64,000 nucleotides of DNA, taken from Octopus sinensis. Lineage: Eukaryota. Positions 1 to 12,393 of this stretch are shown piece after piece (the stretch's first letter is position 1; each line of letters begins with the position of its first letter). The DNA lies in contig NC_042999.1 of assembly GCF_006345805.1 (NCBI RefSeq), forward strand, positions 4,588,001 to 4,652,000, read 5' to 3'. The notes beneath the pieces are model-generated. The model was not told the origin of the DNA. It was given only the letters and a program-made list of their open reading frames with translations, and searched no databases. Position numbers and translations under genes: made by a program.

Positions 1-769
1 ATAATTAATACATTAATAAGTGTTAAAAAAATATAAATCTTCCTCATATCCTGTGGTCATTTTTGTCTTCAATTTATGTCTAATTTAATGCAAAGACTTT
101 GAAGGGTAAATCTCATTCTTGAAATTTAGAAGAATCAATAACTACTTTCCTATTAGATATGTGGACCGGAATAAATGGACTTACTCTAAAACTTAAAACA
201 ATATTAATTTAACCCATTTGATAACAACCTGCCTAAAACCACCCCTGGTTCTATGATACAGAACCAAGGATGGTTTTAAAATTATCTAAAAAATTTTCAT
301 AAAAATCTTTTATTTTGTTGCCAATGTCAGCTCAATAATGACAATTATTTTAATAAATTCTTTTTTTTTCCGAAATTATTTGAAGAAAAGGTAGTGTATT
401 TCAACACAAATATGGTTAAAAAATGGTTAACTTTAAATATATTATTTGTAGGAAGTCACAAAGACGAACAGTAATGGACAAAAAAATATACATTTTACTA
501 CAGGACAATCCATGGTTATTGCACTGAACGTTAGGCAACCATGTTAATGCAGTGAACAAATATTGAAGTAAGATAAAATTTTACAAACAATTCTAAGCCG
601 TGTTGACATTTAAAAACAAGCATTAGATTGGTGGTGGACTGGTAATGGGAGATGCCCATGGAAAAGGCAGGTCAAAAGGGTGGTGAGGTTAGATATGAAT
701 ATATTGGACTTTTGGAGAGAGAAATGACAGCATTATGAAGAATCACGTAATACGCTACACTGCACATTT

Positions 770-1071
770 ATTTAACCTGACCAGATCTGCCAGTGCCGCT
801 AGACTGGCTCCTGTGCAGGTGACATGTAAAAAAATACCATTTGAGCATGGCCGTTGCCAGTACCACCTGACTGGCCCTCGTGCCGGTGACACGTAAAAAA
901 CACCCACTACACTCTCGGAGTGGTTGGCATTAGGAAGGGCATCCAGCTGTAGAAACTCAGCCAGATCAAGATTGGAGCCTGATGCAGCCACCTGGTTCGC
1001 CAGTCTTCAGTCAAATCGTCCAACCCATGCTAGCATGGAAAGCAGACATTAAACAATGATGATGATGATGA
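770..1071 (+). mobile_element. RTE-tailed short element (representative of more than 15 copies, e.g. 5054-5409, 5750-6012, 8090-8330, 24165-24520, 33480-33841, 39880-40180, 50170-50520, 53340-53660, 55217-55560, 56610-56912)
   Basis: Shared 3' end CCAACCCATGCTAGCATGGAAA..GACGTTAAACGATGATGAT, matching the RTE 3' UTR; internal GCACGTAAAAAGCACC repeats. Confidence 0.85.
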
Positions 1072-3498
1072 GATCTGTGGATGGTGCAAAGTCCCTCTTG
1101 ACCCAAGGTAACGTAGTGGTGGAACAATGTAGTTGACAGGGCCATTAGGGAAAAGAAACAGGCATGGAAGGACTGGAAGAACGGTGGTAGTAGGGAATTC
1201 TATCAGATTGCCAGAAGGGAAGCTAGGAGACAGGTTTATTAAGCCAGAGGGGAAGCAGATAAGAAAAAATTTGCTAATGTTCTACATCATGAGGACCAAA
1301 GACCTTGAAGTGTTTCATGTTGCAAGAGAGTGTGTGAGAGCGAATCATGATGTCATAGGAGAGAAATGTGTCCACATGGATGATGGCTCACTTGCATTTA
1401 ATGAGGCTGCAAAGAAGGAGACTTAGAGACACCACTATGAACGGTTGCTAAATCAAGGAAGTGAATGGGAGAAAGAGAGTCTGTCAAATGTCAACCCAAC
1501 AGAGGGACCAGCTATCCAAGTTGACAGTACTTTGGTAGATAAAGCAATTGAGGGTATGAAGACAGGGAAAGCCCCCGGCCCATCAAGAATCATCGCGGAG
1601 ATGCTTAAAATATCTGGCGGTGTCAGCTATAGTCTAGTCACCCGTATAGTCAATGAGGTGATACATGAAGGAGTCATATCCAATGACTGGTGAAGGCGAT
1701 GCATTCGATACGAATAATTACAGAGGTATCAAGTTGTTGCATCAGGTAATGAAAGTCATGGAGAGGGTCATAGCCCAACTAATTAGGGAGAGAGTTAGGT
1801 TAGATGAAATGCAGTTTGGGTTTATGACAGGGAAAAGCACCACTGATGCGAAATTTCTGGTAAGACAGCTGCAGGACAAATACCTAGCCAAAGATAAAAC
1901 ACTGTACCTGGCTTTTGTTGACATGGAGAAAGCCTTTGATAGGGTCCCCCGATCCCTTATCTGGTGGGTCAATATGGAAACTAGGAATAGATGAGTGGTT
2001 AGTGAGAGCTGTGCAAGCAATGTACAGGGATGCTGTCAGTAAGGCAAGGGTTGGCAATGAGTATGGTGAAGAATTCTGGGTAGGGATAGGGGTCCACTAA
2101 GGATCAGTCCTCAGATCCCTCTTATTCCTCATTGTCCTCCAGGCAATAACAGAGGAATTCAAGACAGGATGCCCCTGGGTGCTTCTCTATGCTGATGACC
2201 TTGCTCTGATAGCAGAGTCATTATCAGAACTAGAAGAGAAGTTTCAGGTGTGGAAGCAAGGTCTAGAATCAAAGGGCCTTAGGGTCAACCTAGCTAAAAC
2301 CAAAGTCTTAATAAGTAGGAAGGCAGACAAACCACAAATCCCTTCAGGTAGATGGCCGCATAGGTAGGAAGTCCATAAGATGTACCTGGTGGAAGCTATG
2401 GACACACAAGAAGTGCAACAATATCAAAGGAAGGCTAACTGGGAAGATAGCTTTGTGCATGGCAAATGCACAGGGGTAATAAACACTGAAAATGTGCAGC
2501 AAACAGTTTTCGTCACATTCCAGGGGGAAAAACTAGAAGCAGTTGATAGCTTCTGTTACCTAGCTGACCAAGTCAGTAGCAGGGGTGGATGCTCTGAGAG
2601 TGTAGCTGCTAGAATACGAATAGCCTGGGCAAAGTTCAGAAAGCTCCTACCTCTGCTGGTGACAAAGGGCCTCACGCTCAGAGTAAAAGGTAGACTATGA
2701 TGCATATGTGCAAACAGCCATGCTACATGGTAGTGAAACATGGGCCATGACTGCTGAGGACATGCGTAAGCTTGCAACGAATGAAGCTAGTATGCTCTGC
2801 CAGATGTGTAATGTCAGTATGCATGTATGACAGAGTGTAAGCATCCTGAGAGAAAAGTTGGACATAAGAAGCTTCAGATGTAGTGTGCAAGAGAGACGAT
2901 TGCACTTGTATGGTCATGTATTGCATATAGATGAGGACAGCTGAGTGAAAAAGTGTCATACCCTAGCGGTAGAGGGAACCTGTGGTAGGTCCAGGAAGAC
3001 CTGGGATGAGGTGGTGAAGCACGACCTTCGAACGTTGGGCTTCACGGAGGCGATGACAAGTGACCGAGACCTTTGGAGATATGCTGTGCTTGAGAAGACC
3101 TGGCAAGCCAAGTGAGACAGTAACCATGGCCTATGCCAGTGCAGTATAACCAGCCCATTTAAGAGTACCCTTCAAACATTGGGCAATAAACTGCACTTAC
3201 GAAGACCAGTTGAGTCAAGTGAAGTCATTGTCATGGCTGATGCCAGTACCACCTGATTGGCATGAAAAAAGCACCATTCGAGCATGGTCATTACCAGTGC
3301 TGCTGAACTGACTCCTATGCCAGTGGCATGTAAAAAGCGCCCATTACACTCTCAGAGTAATTGGCATCCATCTGTAAAAACTTTGCCAGATCAGATTGGA
3401 GCCTGGAGTAGCCTTCTGGCTTGCCAGCCCACAGTCAAACCGTCCAACCCATGCCAGCATGGAAAGCAGCCATTAAACGACAACGACAATAATGATGA
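1070..3498 (+). mobile_element. 5'-truncated, frameshifted RTE-clade LINE (reverse transcriptase remnant)
   Basis: Fragments KAPGP, NYRGIKLL...QFGF...STTDA...AFVDMEKAFDRVPR, LLYADDL, GEKLEAVDSFCYL and RRL..YGHV; 3' UTR ends in a (GAC/GAT)n tail. Confidence 0.92.
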
Positions 3499-3890
3499 TA
3501 TACCAGTAGGGTAACAATAACAAAAAAGAAACCTGACCATAACATGACAAAAATGACCATCCTGTCTTTTTGTAAGACATTGTGTATCTAGGACTACACT
3601 TGCTAAATGTCTCTTTCTCAAAACAACAGTGCGATGTAAAGGTGATTTGGTCACTATATCTAGCAGGTCAATCAACCATGTACAGGTTTTCTTGTTGGTG
3701 TCAATCATAATGATCAGTCTTTCAGAATTTCCTAAACTAAAATTCCATTATTCTGCATCAAAATTTTGTTGAGAGGTAAACTAATAAGAAAGTAAGCCAC
3801 AAATCTCTGAAAATTAATTTCCTAACCAACTGCCATCATCATTTTCATCATCATTAGATGATTAAGCTCTAAACTTTCTCCTGTTATTAT

Positions 3891-4122
3891 GTTTCTTTAC
3901 TACCCACAAGGGGCTAAACATAGAGGGGACAAACAAGGACAGACAAATGGATTAAGTCGATTACATCGACCCCAGTGCGTAACTGGTACTTAATTTATTG
4001 ACCCCGAAAGGATGAAAGGCAAAGTCTACCTCGGCGGAATTTGAACTCAGAACGTAATGGCAGACGAAAAACCGCTAAGCATTTCACCAGGCGTGCTAAC
4101 GGTTCTGCCAACTCGCCGCCCT
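3891..4122 (-). mobile_element. tRNA-derived SINE (family B) with 16-bp TSD
   Basis: TSD TTTCTCCTGTTATTAT at 3875-3890 and 4123-4138; B-box GAGTTCAAATTCC; central GCCTTTCATCCTTTCGGGGTC domain. Confidence 0.9.
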
Positions 4123-4514
4123 TTTCTCCTGTTATTATATTAATGGCAGAAAAACTTTCTTTACCTCAATAAATGTAGTTGAATAATGAAGAATTATTTC
4201 CCTTTGAAAAATAAGAGGTTTATTTCTATAAAAAGTATTTCCTGACACTGAAAAAGAATTCCAATCTTTGCAACATAGTCCTGGAGATGCTTGATATATA
4301 CGTATGTGTGTGTGTGTGTGTTTGAGTAGGGGTCATTGTTAGTGAAATACAAGACTGTGAGGTCTAGGATTTGTAGCAACTCTGGAAGTATTGGTTCTTT
4401 GCTGTATATAGGGATTCAGTTTTGATACTGTTGAAAGAGAGTAGGTCACCATGTCTCTGCTGAGGAATTCCCTGAAAGTCTTTGTTCCTGGAGTTGGTAT
4501 ATGTTTAACATGAA

Positions 4515-4745
4515 GGCAGCGAGCTGGCAGAAGTGTTAACATGCTGAGCAAAATGCTTAGCGGTATTTTGTCTGCCGCTATGTCCTGAGTTCAAATTCCG
4601 CTGAGGTCGATTTTGCCTTTCATCCTTTCGGGGTCGATTAAATAAGTACCAGTTTCGCACTGGGGTCGATATAATCGACTTAATCCTTTTGTCTGTCCTT
4701 GTTTGTCCCCTATGTGTTTAGCCCCTTGTGAGTAGTAAAGAAATA
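4515..4745 (+). mobile_element. SINE family B copy
   Basis: GAGCTGGCAGAA head, GAGTTCAAATTCC, GCCTTTCATCCTTTCGGGGTCGA, tail AAAGAAAT. Confidence 0.85.
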
Positions 4746-6875
4746 GGTATATTTTTAACATCACGTGTTAAGAATGTATGTGTTGGAGATTAGAGGAACA
4801 AAATAACATCTCCGAAAGTATGCGTATCCTTAGGGGTGACAACAAGTGGGTATCTAATAACCAGAATGAACTTTGAGGTACACCAGAGTTTATGGAATGA
4901 GGATAGGGACACGTGCAATCATAATCCATTTTCGATGCTGGCATGGATTGGATGGTTTGACAGGAACTAACAAGCAGGAGAGCGGCATCAAGTTCCAACC
5001 ATCTGTTTTGGCAAGGATTCTATGGCTGGATGCCCTTCCGAATGTCAACCACTTTATAAAAAAAACTTCAATCCAAGAAATAAAAAATATAGACAAGGAA
5101 CCTGTGCCGGTGGCACATAAAAAGCACCATCCGTATGTGACCAATGCCAGCGCTGCCTCGACTGGTCTCTGTGCCGGTGGCATGTAAAAAGCACCAACCG
5201 ATCGTGGCCGCTGCTAGTCCCCCCACCCCTGGCACCTATGCCAGAGGCACGTAAAAAGCACGGAGTGGTTGGCGTTAGGAAGGGCATCCAGCTGTAGAAA
5301 CACTGCCAGATCAGACTGAAGCCTGGTGCAGCCTCCTGGCTTCCCAGACCCCGGTCGACCTGTCCAACCCATGCTAGCACAGAAAACGGACGTTAAACGA
5401 TGATGATGAACTTAGCTTGGATGTTGCCATTACAGACACAGTTGAAGGTTTTGTTGATGTCAAGTTTAAGAACATTTGAAAAGTTCTCAGAGTGGTGAAT
5501 GATAGAGGAAAATTAGCCTTCCAGTAGAGTGGAAGGCATACTGATGGTCATTGAGGGATGAAGAGATATTCAAAGTGACCGTTAACTGATTCCAGCATCT
5601 TTGAGATGACGGAAAAGAAATAAGTTGAGAACTGCTGACAGAACAGAAAGACTGCTTTTTCTGGGGATGAGATATACTACAACACGTTTCCAAAAATTTG
5701 GATAGGGTCATGCAAAGAGACGGGGTGGGGGGATTGAAGAAGCGTCGCCTTGACTGGCTTCTGTGCCGGTGGCATGTAAAAAGCACCAACCAATCGTGGA
5801 CATTTTCCTGGCTCCTCTGGCCCCTGTGCCGGTGGCACGTAAAAAGCACCCACGGAGTGGTTGGCGTTAGGAAGGGCATCCAGCTGTAGAAACACTGCCA
5901 GATCAGACTGGAGCCTGGTGCACTCTTCTGGCTTCTCAGACCCCGGTCAAACCATCCAACCCATGCTAGCACGGAAAGTGGACATTAAATGATGATGATG
6001 ATGATGATGATGATAGACAGGAGCTAACTCTAAGACATACAGTTTGAGGATGATGGAGGAAACACCACTGGTTCTGGTCCCCTTGGTGGGTTGGAGCGAT
6101 TGGGATGAGGGAGTTCATTTGTGGCGACATTGTGTACATGGTGGTAAGACAGGGAAGAATTGAATGGAAACAAAAGAGAATGAATTGCAAAAAGAACAGC
6201 AGCATAGAGAGAGGCTTTTTCTTTTTATTAAGAGTACTTCTAACAGCACTATCTTCGATTTAAAATGGTGGATGGAAAGGTAGATATTCTCTTGGCATAG
6301 CACCAGAAAACTCTGCTGTAGTTTGGTAAGTGGGGTAGCTTATGGGTTGTATCAAAGACAACAGCTTCTCAAACAGCAGCCATGCAGGCAATGCAGTGAT
6401 AAGTAAAAAACCTTCCACTTGATGGTGGTGTGGTGATGGATAGCTTCCTTCACAAATGCGTAGCCTGTACTGCTACAACAACAGCTGGGGGGTAACACCC
6501 ATAGGGGGAGGGGAACAGACTTTGAATGTGTGTTGACTGCGAGGGGACACGTCTAGGAGGATGGGTTCACTCATCAGCTTTGCTGTCTGGGATGGGTCAG
6601 AGGTAAAACATATTTGCTGTCAGAGACAGCACACAGCAGAGATAACTTCAAGTGCCAGAGGGATGAGAAGCTGGGGAAAATGATGCTTTGTGACAATCAC
6701 ATTTACATCACAGCAATCCTTTGTTTGGTTGGTTTACAAATACCAACAAATAAAGAATTTCTCAAATCAGAGCAAGAGCCATTCTAAATACATATATATA
6801 TATAGGGTAAAATTAATTAATTAATAATTTTACCAAGTAGCTGAGCACTGATTATAATTATGCATATAATAGAAT

Positions 6876-6911
<36 letters not shown>

Positions 6912-6966
6912 ATGCTAGCATGGAAAGCGGACGCTAAACGATGATGATGATGATGACACATACACA

Positions 6967-7635
6967 CAAGGTGACCACTGAAAAACTGAAGGGTTGAGGT
7001 GGTGATGGCCTTCGAACGTTGGGCCTCATGGAGGTGAAGACAAGCGACCGAGACCTTTGGAGATATGCAGTGCCTGAGACTTTAACCATGCCAGTGCAGC
7101 ATAACCAGCCCATTTAAGAGCATCCTTCAATCATTGGCCAATAAACTTGTTCATTTTCAATCTTTTTTATTTTTTTGCATGTTTTATAGAGCATCCCTTG
7201 CAGGTTAAAATGGTTACATATGATGTCCAGCAAATGGAGTAAAACCCATTGAGTTTTTCTATTCGAGTGAAAGATCAATTATTCAAACTCAGAGAAAATA
7301 CCAGCAACATTTTACTGTCAGAGTATCTCCTAGCAATGACATGATTCGGAACCTAATCAACCGGTTTGAATGAACTGGATCAGCCGGCAATCTTCCGGGA
7401 AGAGGTCCTAAGTGGCAGAAGTTGTATGGCAGAGTCTCCTTGAGGATCCATCAGCCTCTACCCACCATCGCTCTGTTCAACAAGGCATCACCAGAACATC
7501 GCTTCAGAAGATTCTGAAACTGGACTTAAAAACTGTTTCCATCCAAATAAAATAATTAAAAAATTTTTTTAAACTATGTGTTTGTAAAAGTAATTTTTGT
7601 TTTATATCGTTCAGTCTTTCAGTGGCCACCCTGTA
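6967..7635 (+). mobile_element. Internally deleted Tc1/mariner-like element
   Basis: 24-bp TIRs (6967-6990 vs 7610-7633, 21/24 identical) followed by TA; decayed HTH remnant IRNLINRFE*TGS..NLPGRGPK...GITRTSLQKILKLDL; RTE 3' piece nested at ~6990-7140. Confidence 0.7.
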
Positions 7636-8732
7636 TAAAATATATATTGACCGCTAAATCAAAAAGCTTTTTTATTTCTCTCTCAGTTTATTTCCTCATG
7701 TTCCATTCTGTTGAAGAGCATAGGCTCGAAACATGAAAGACTTTCTCACCTTCCGGAGCATTAAATTAATACACCTGTATGTTGCTTACACACCTGCCTT
7801 CATCTTTTGTTTTTCTGTAAATTTCAACTATATATATATATATATGTACATATATATACACACACACATGTGTACCTTTCCTTCTTTGGACACTAAACTC
7901 TGCTTGCGAAGACCTGTTGAGGCAAGTGAAATCGAAATCAAATTCGATGACTGGCATCAAAGAGCACCTTCCGAACATGATCGTTGACAGAGCGGCTAAC
8001 TGGCTTCCATGCCAGTGACACATAAAAGGCACCATTCGAGCGTGATTGTTACCAGCGTCGCGTTACTGGCACTTGTGCCATATATATCATCATTATCGTT
8101 TAACATCCGTTTTCCATGCTAGCATGGGTTGGATGGTTTGACTGGGGACTGGCAAGCCAGGAGGCTGCACCAGGCTCCAGTCTGATCTGGCAATGTTTCT
8201 ACAGCTGGATGCCCTTCCTAACGCCAACCACTCTGAGAGTGTAGTGGGTGCTTTTACGTGCCACCGGCACGGGGGCCAGTCAGGCGGTACTGGCAACGAC
8301 CTCGCTCGAATGTTTTTTCATGTGCCACACATATGTACATACACACACATAATGATATAGTATAATTGTTATATATTTTAATCATTGGACTGTAACCATG
8401 CAGGGGCAACGTCTTGAAGGGTTTAGTTGAATTAATTGTAACCCTTACTTTTAAGCCTTATACTTATTCTCTCGGGTTCTACTGCCAAACCGCAAAATTA
8501 CGGGGACATAAACAAACCAGCAGTGGTTATCAAGCAGAGCTGGGAGGGAAATGCAGAAACACACACGTATAAATGATGGAGAGCTTTCGGTTTCCGCCTA
8601 CCAAATTCACTCACAAAACTTTGGTTGGCCCGGGGATGTAGTAGAAGAGAAGGTGCCGTGCAATCTGACTGAACCAGGAACCATGCGGTTGCGAAGAAAA
8701 CTTCTTGCCACACAGCCACGCCTGCACCTATA

Positions 8733-8920
8733 TCTCTTTTACTTGTTTCAGTCATTCGACTATGGTCATGCTGGAGCACCGCCTCTAGTCGAGCAAATCA
8801 ACCCCAGGACTTATTCTTTGGAAGCCTAGTACTTATTCTATCGCTCTCTTATGCCGAACCGCTAAGTTACGGGGATGTAAACACACCAGCATCGGTTGTC
8901 AAGCGATGTTGGGGAGACAA

Positions 8921-8966
<46 letters not shown>

Positions 8967-9130
8967 GACGGGCTTCTTTCAGTTTCCGTCTACCAAATCC
9001 ACTCACAAGGCTTTGGTCGGCCCGAGGCTATAGTAGAAGACACCTGCCCAAGGTGCCACGCAGTGGGACTGAACCCGGGACCATGCAGTTCGTAAGCAAG
9101 CTACTTACCACACAGCCACGCCTGCACCTA
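8733..9130 (-). mobile_element. tRNA-derived SINE family A with internal (TA)n/(CA)n
   Basis: Head TAGG(C/T)GCAGG..GGCTGTGTGGTAAG...GGGTTCAGTCCC; tail GAAACAAGTAAAAGAG. Further copies near 12755, 16950, 19685, 22880, 28800 and 29697. Confidence 0.88.
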
Positions 9131-11259
9131 TATATTGAAATTTATTTTCCAAAATCAAAACACTATCTGGTAGAGTGGATTGATACGTTTATTATATTAA
9201 AAATTGACAGTTTACCCTGAGTTCCGTCTTTGCCGTGAACAGCCCAGTCTGGGGCCAAACTCAGAGTGGCTCATACACACACGCGCATAAATATAATATT
9301 TATTTGTCTAGCAAATGATTTGATTTGAGACCGTGGATCGAAACTAAGGTAATTACAGCGTGAAAGACACATTTTAGCCATAAAAAAAAGCTTCACTTAA
9401 CGTATTGACTTGGTGTCAATACTTGCTTAGCACCGTCTACAACGGAACACAGTTCCGTGGTGCGACGAAGATTTTGACACCAAGTAAATAAATAATTATA
9501 TGAAGTTAACAATTTGGTTTTTGAATGGCTTAAATAAGCCTCCGACGATGTAATTACTATAATATATATATATATATCAGCTGCTACAGATTGGAATGAT
9601 ACAGATTAAGCCGAGAAATAGGGGGACTTCAAGACATGTTGCACAATTAACAGAATATATGGTTTTAATAAAGGTTGGCAATGAATTTTTTTAAAGACTT
9701 ATCAATGACAAGGTTAATGAATAAAAAATAATTTAATAGCCGGCTTCTGAATAAATTCAGAAGCCGGGTATCACTGTTTGGGTCTAAATAAGATACTTAG
9801 TCTATAGTATTGCCTAACATCATTTTATTGAGGATAGGTAAGGTGAAACGATTAGTTTTTGTTTTATTTTCTCTATGAAAAGAAATTAGTGACAGCAAGA
9901 AGGGGATCCGAGAACAAACTTGTAAAGGTGTGATTGCAGAATATATCTATTTGAGTTTTTGAGGTGATTTAGCTTCAATAAAAATAGATTTTAGCTGAAA
10001 TGTGAGTTGAAGGTGAAAGAAATGCAAAATATGCGGAGATGAAAAACGGGAATTAGACAGAGAATTTATAAAAACATTTGATGTCTACCGAAAATTAAGA
10101 ATGTTAAGAATTCGGTCATAATGAAGATAAGAAATATTTGGGGAGTGAGGGGTTTATTTTGATTGAAAAAGAAATTAGCGAAAGGGGTTTTCGTTATTCA
10201 TTAATCGCTTAATTTTACTGTTATAGAGGAAACCTATGTGCTTTCTATACCTGTCCTATTTGTAATGAAAGGTGAATTATATGAATGAAGTGAGAGAAAA
10301 AAACCTAACAAAGTGAAAAATGAAACAATAATAGAAATGAAATGCTGCTAAATATAGATAAATATGAAAATACACCTGTGTACGTGACGGAGGGTGGATT
10401 AAGGTGTTATTCGCTAATTAATAGCAACAAAGTGATGACAGGTGAGGCGAGAAAATGAACAAGTTTTTAACTGACATTTATAAAAGTACTGGAGGTTAAA
10501 AATATACGAAAGTGTATCGAAACGGTCGGTGAGATATATTTGTTCGGAGCCAACAACCGTGAATAATGAGCCAAAAATGCAGAAGAAACAGAGATTGAAC
10601 GTACGACCCAAGATTCGTCTTTGTACAAAGTGAATAAAAGCCTTCGTGATGTACTCACCGAAATATTATTACCAATATCATAACCGAGTCTTAAGAAATT
10701 TGTCTCTTAGATGCCTGGGACATTCAACAGAAACTTGCTCAACCCCTTTGCATCCCATTAACAATTAAATATTAAGGATTTTTAAATATTTCTCCTGTGT
10801 TCAAAACGCTTTTTTGGCTCCAAGTGAATTAAATTTATCGATCCAATTTGGCAAATGAGGATAAAAAAGGTGTAGCAAAAATTAATTTAACATTGAATAA
10901 AGCGGATATATATTTTTTAATAATTAAGAGATAATTATTTAAGATGTCCTAATTGGGAAAAAAAATATTTTTCGTGAATAATTCCGAAGAGAAACAAATA
11001 ATTAAGTCCACATATAATGACCTCACTTAGTGCTATCGGTTTAATTCGGACCGTAAAGTCATCTGGAATACGCAAAGGTCAGCTCAACCTTAATATTTAA
11101 AAGAAAAAAAGAAAGAAATAGTATTTCGTTCTGAGCTTTTATGAAGTAATCCCCGATTTTAGAACACAGCATGTTACCCTTTCAACCAAATAATGATACA
11201 TCTCGTTTATAATTGCTACAGACACACACACAGGGATATGTAATTAAAAGTTATTAGAC

Positions 11260-11331
11260 CTGAATTAGAAATCCACCGCCTTTTTCGTCTTCTTCGACGA
11301 TTACACGTCTGGTACTGCTAGAGGCACCCAT
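11260..11331 (-). CDS. CHCHD3: First coding exon of a MICOS Mic19/Mic25 (CHCHD3/CHCHD6-like) gene: MGASSSTRRVIVEEDEKGGGFLIQ
   Basis: AAAGATGG start context; MGxxxS myristoylation motif and STRRV..E.DE resemble the recalled CHCHD3 N-terminus (MGGTTSTRRVTFEADE); followed by GT (GTCTAA) at phase 0; CpG-rich surroundings. Downstream exons not identified. Confidence 0.65.
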
Positions 11332-11487
11332 CTTTGCGTTGCTGTTTGTCCGGACTCGTTTCGCTGACCTTGATGTGGCGGAGGAGACACGACGCGGTTC
11401 ACTTTTCACCTAACACCGTCTATACACGGTGTATACTGACACACTTAGTAATAGACGGGTATTATGTAGACATGGTTTTATTTGCGA

Positions 11488-12245
11488 AATGGCAGAATCG
11501 TTAGCACGTCGGGCGAAATGCTTAGTGGTATTTCGTCTGCCGTTACGTTCTGAGTTCAAATTCCGCCGAGGTCGACTTTGCCTTTCATCCTTTCGAGGTA
11601 GATAAATTCGGTACCAGTTACGCACTGGAGTCTATCTAATCGACTTAACACCTATGTCTGTCCTTGTTTGTCCCCTCTATGTTTAGCCCCTTGTGGGTAG
11701 TAAAGAAATAGGTATTTCGTCTGATATTACGTTCTGAGTTCAAATTCCGCCGAGGTCGACTTTCGGGGTCGAAAAATTAAGTACCAGTTACGCACTGGGT
11801 CGATGTAATCGACTTAATCCCGTTGTCTGTCCTTGTTTGGCCTCTCTGTGTTTAGCCCCTTGTGGGTAATAAAGAAATAGGTAGTTCGTCTGCCGCTACG
11901 TTCTGAGTTCAAATTCCGCCGAGGTCGACTTTGCCTTTCATCCTTTCAGGGGCGATAAATTAAGTACCAGTTACGCACTGGGTCGATGTAACCAACTCAA
12001 TCCGTTTGTCTGTCCTTGTTTGTCCCGTCTGTGTTTAGCCCCTTGTGGGTAATAAAGAAATAAGTAGTTCGTCTGCCGCTACGTTCTGAGTTCAAATTCC
12101 GCTGAGGTCAACTTTGCCTTTCATCCTTTCGGGGTCGATAAATGAAGTACCAGTTACGCACTGGGATCGATGTAATCGACTTAATCCCTTTGTCTGTCCT
12201 TGTTTGTCTCCTCTATGTTTAGCCCCTTGTGAGCAATAAAGAAAT
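11488..12245 (+). mobile_element. SINE family B concatemer: one head plus four tandem bodies
   Basis: TTCGTCTG recurs at 11532, 11716, 11885 and 12068 (periods 184, 169, 183). Confidence 0.9.
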
Positions 12246-12374
12246 ATATTTAAAAATGTTAGCACTTTTATCTGAAACGTACTCTCTCTCTCTATGTCTA
12301 ATGTAACTTCGTAGCGACCTATGTCAGCGACTCGGTTTCGGTTCTAAGTCGAAACTGTTTCTGCTCATTCTCAC

Positions 12375-12393
12375 TGACGTCATATGGCCATTT
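12375..12393. promoter_or_regulatory. Palindromic CRE (TGACGTCA) next to a YY1-like GCCATTT
   Basis: Exact TGACGTCA at 12375-12382, about 1 kb upstream of the CHCHD3-like ATG; a second TGACGTCA is at 14574-14581. Confidence 0.3.

Noticed and set aside
4330-4510. Possible Penelope/LINE RT remnant (ELLQILDLTVLYF)
   Set aside because: Too short and degraded to classify without a search.
10414-10790. Short ORFs and splice-like signals (TTTGTCTCTTAG acceptor on plus, GTGAGT donor on minus) near the CHCHD3-like exon
   Set aside because: No frame-consistent partner exon or recognisable protein; stops occur in all candidate frames.
11488-12245. CRISPR-like or satellite interpretation of the regularly spaced repeats
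   Set aside because: The units are contiguous SINE bodies with no unique spacers, in a eukaryotic context.
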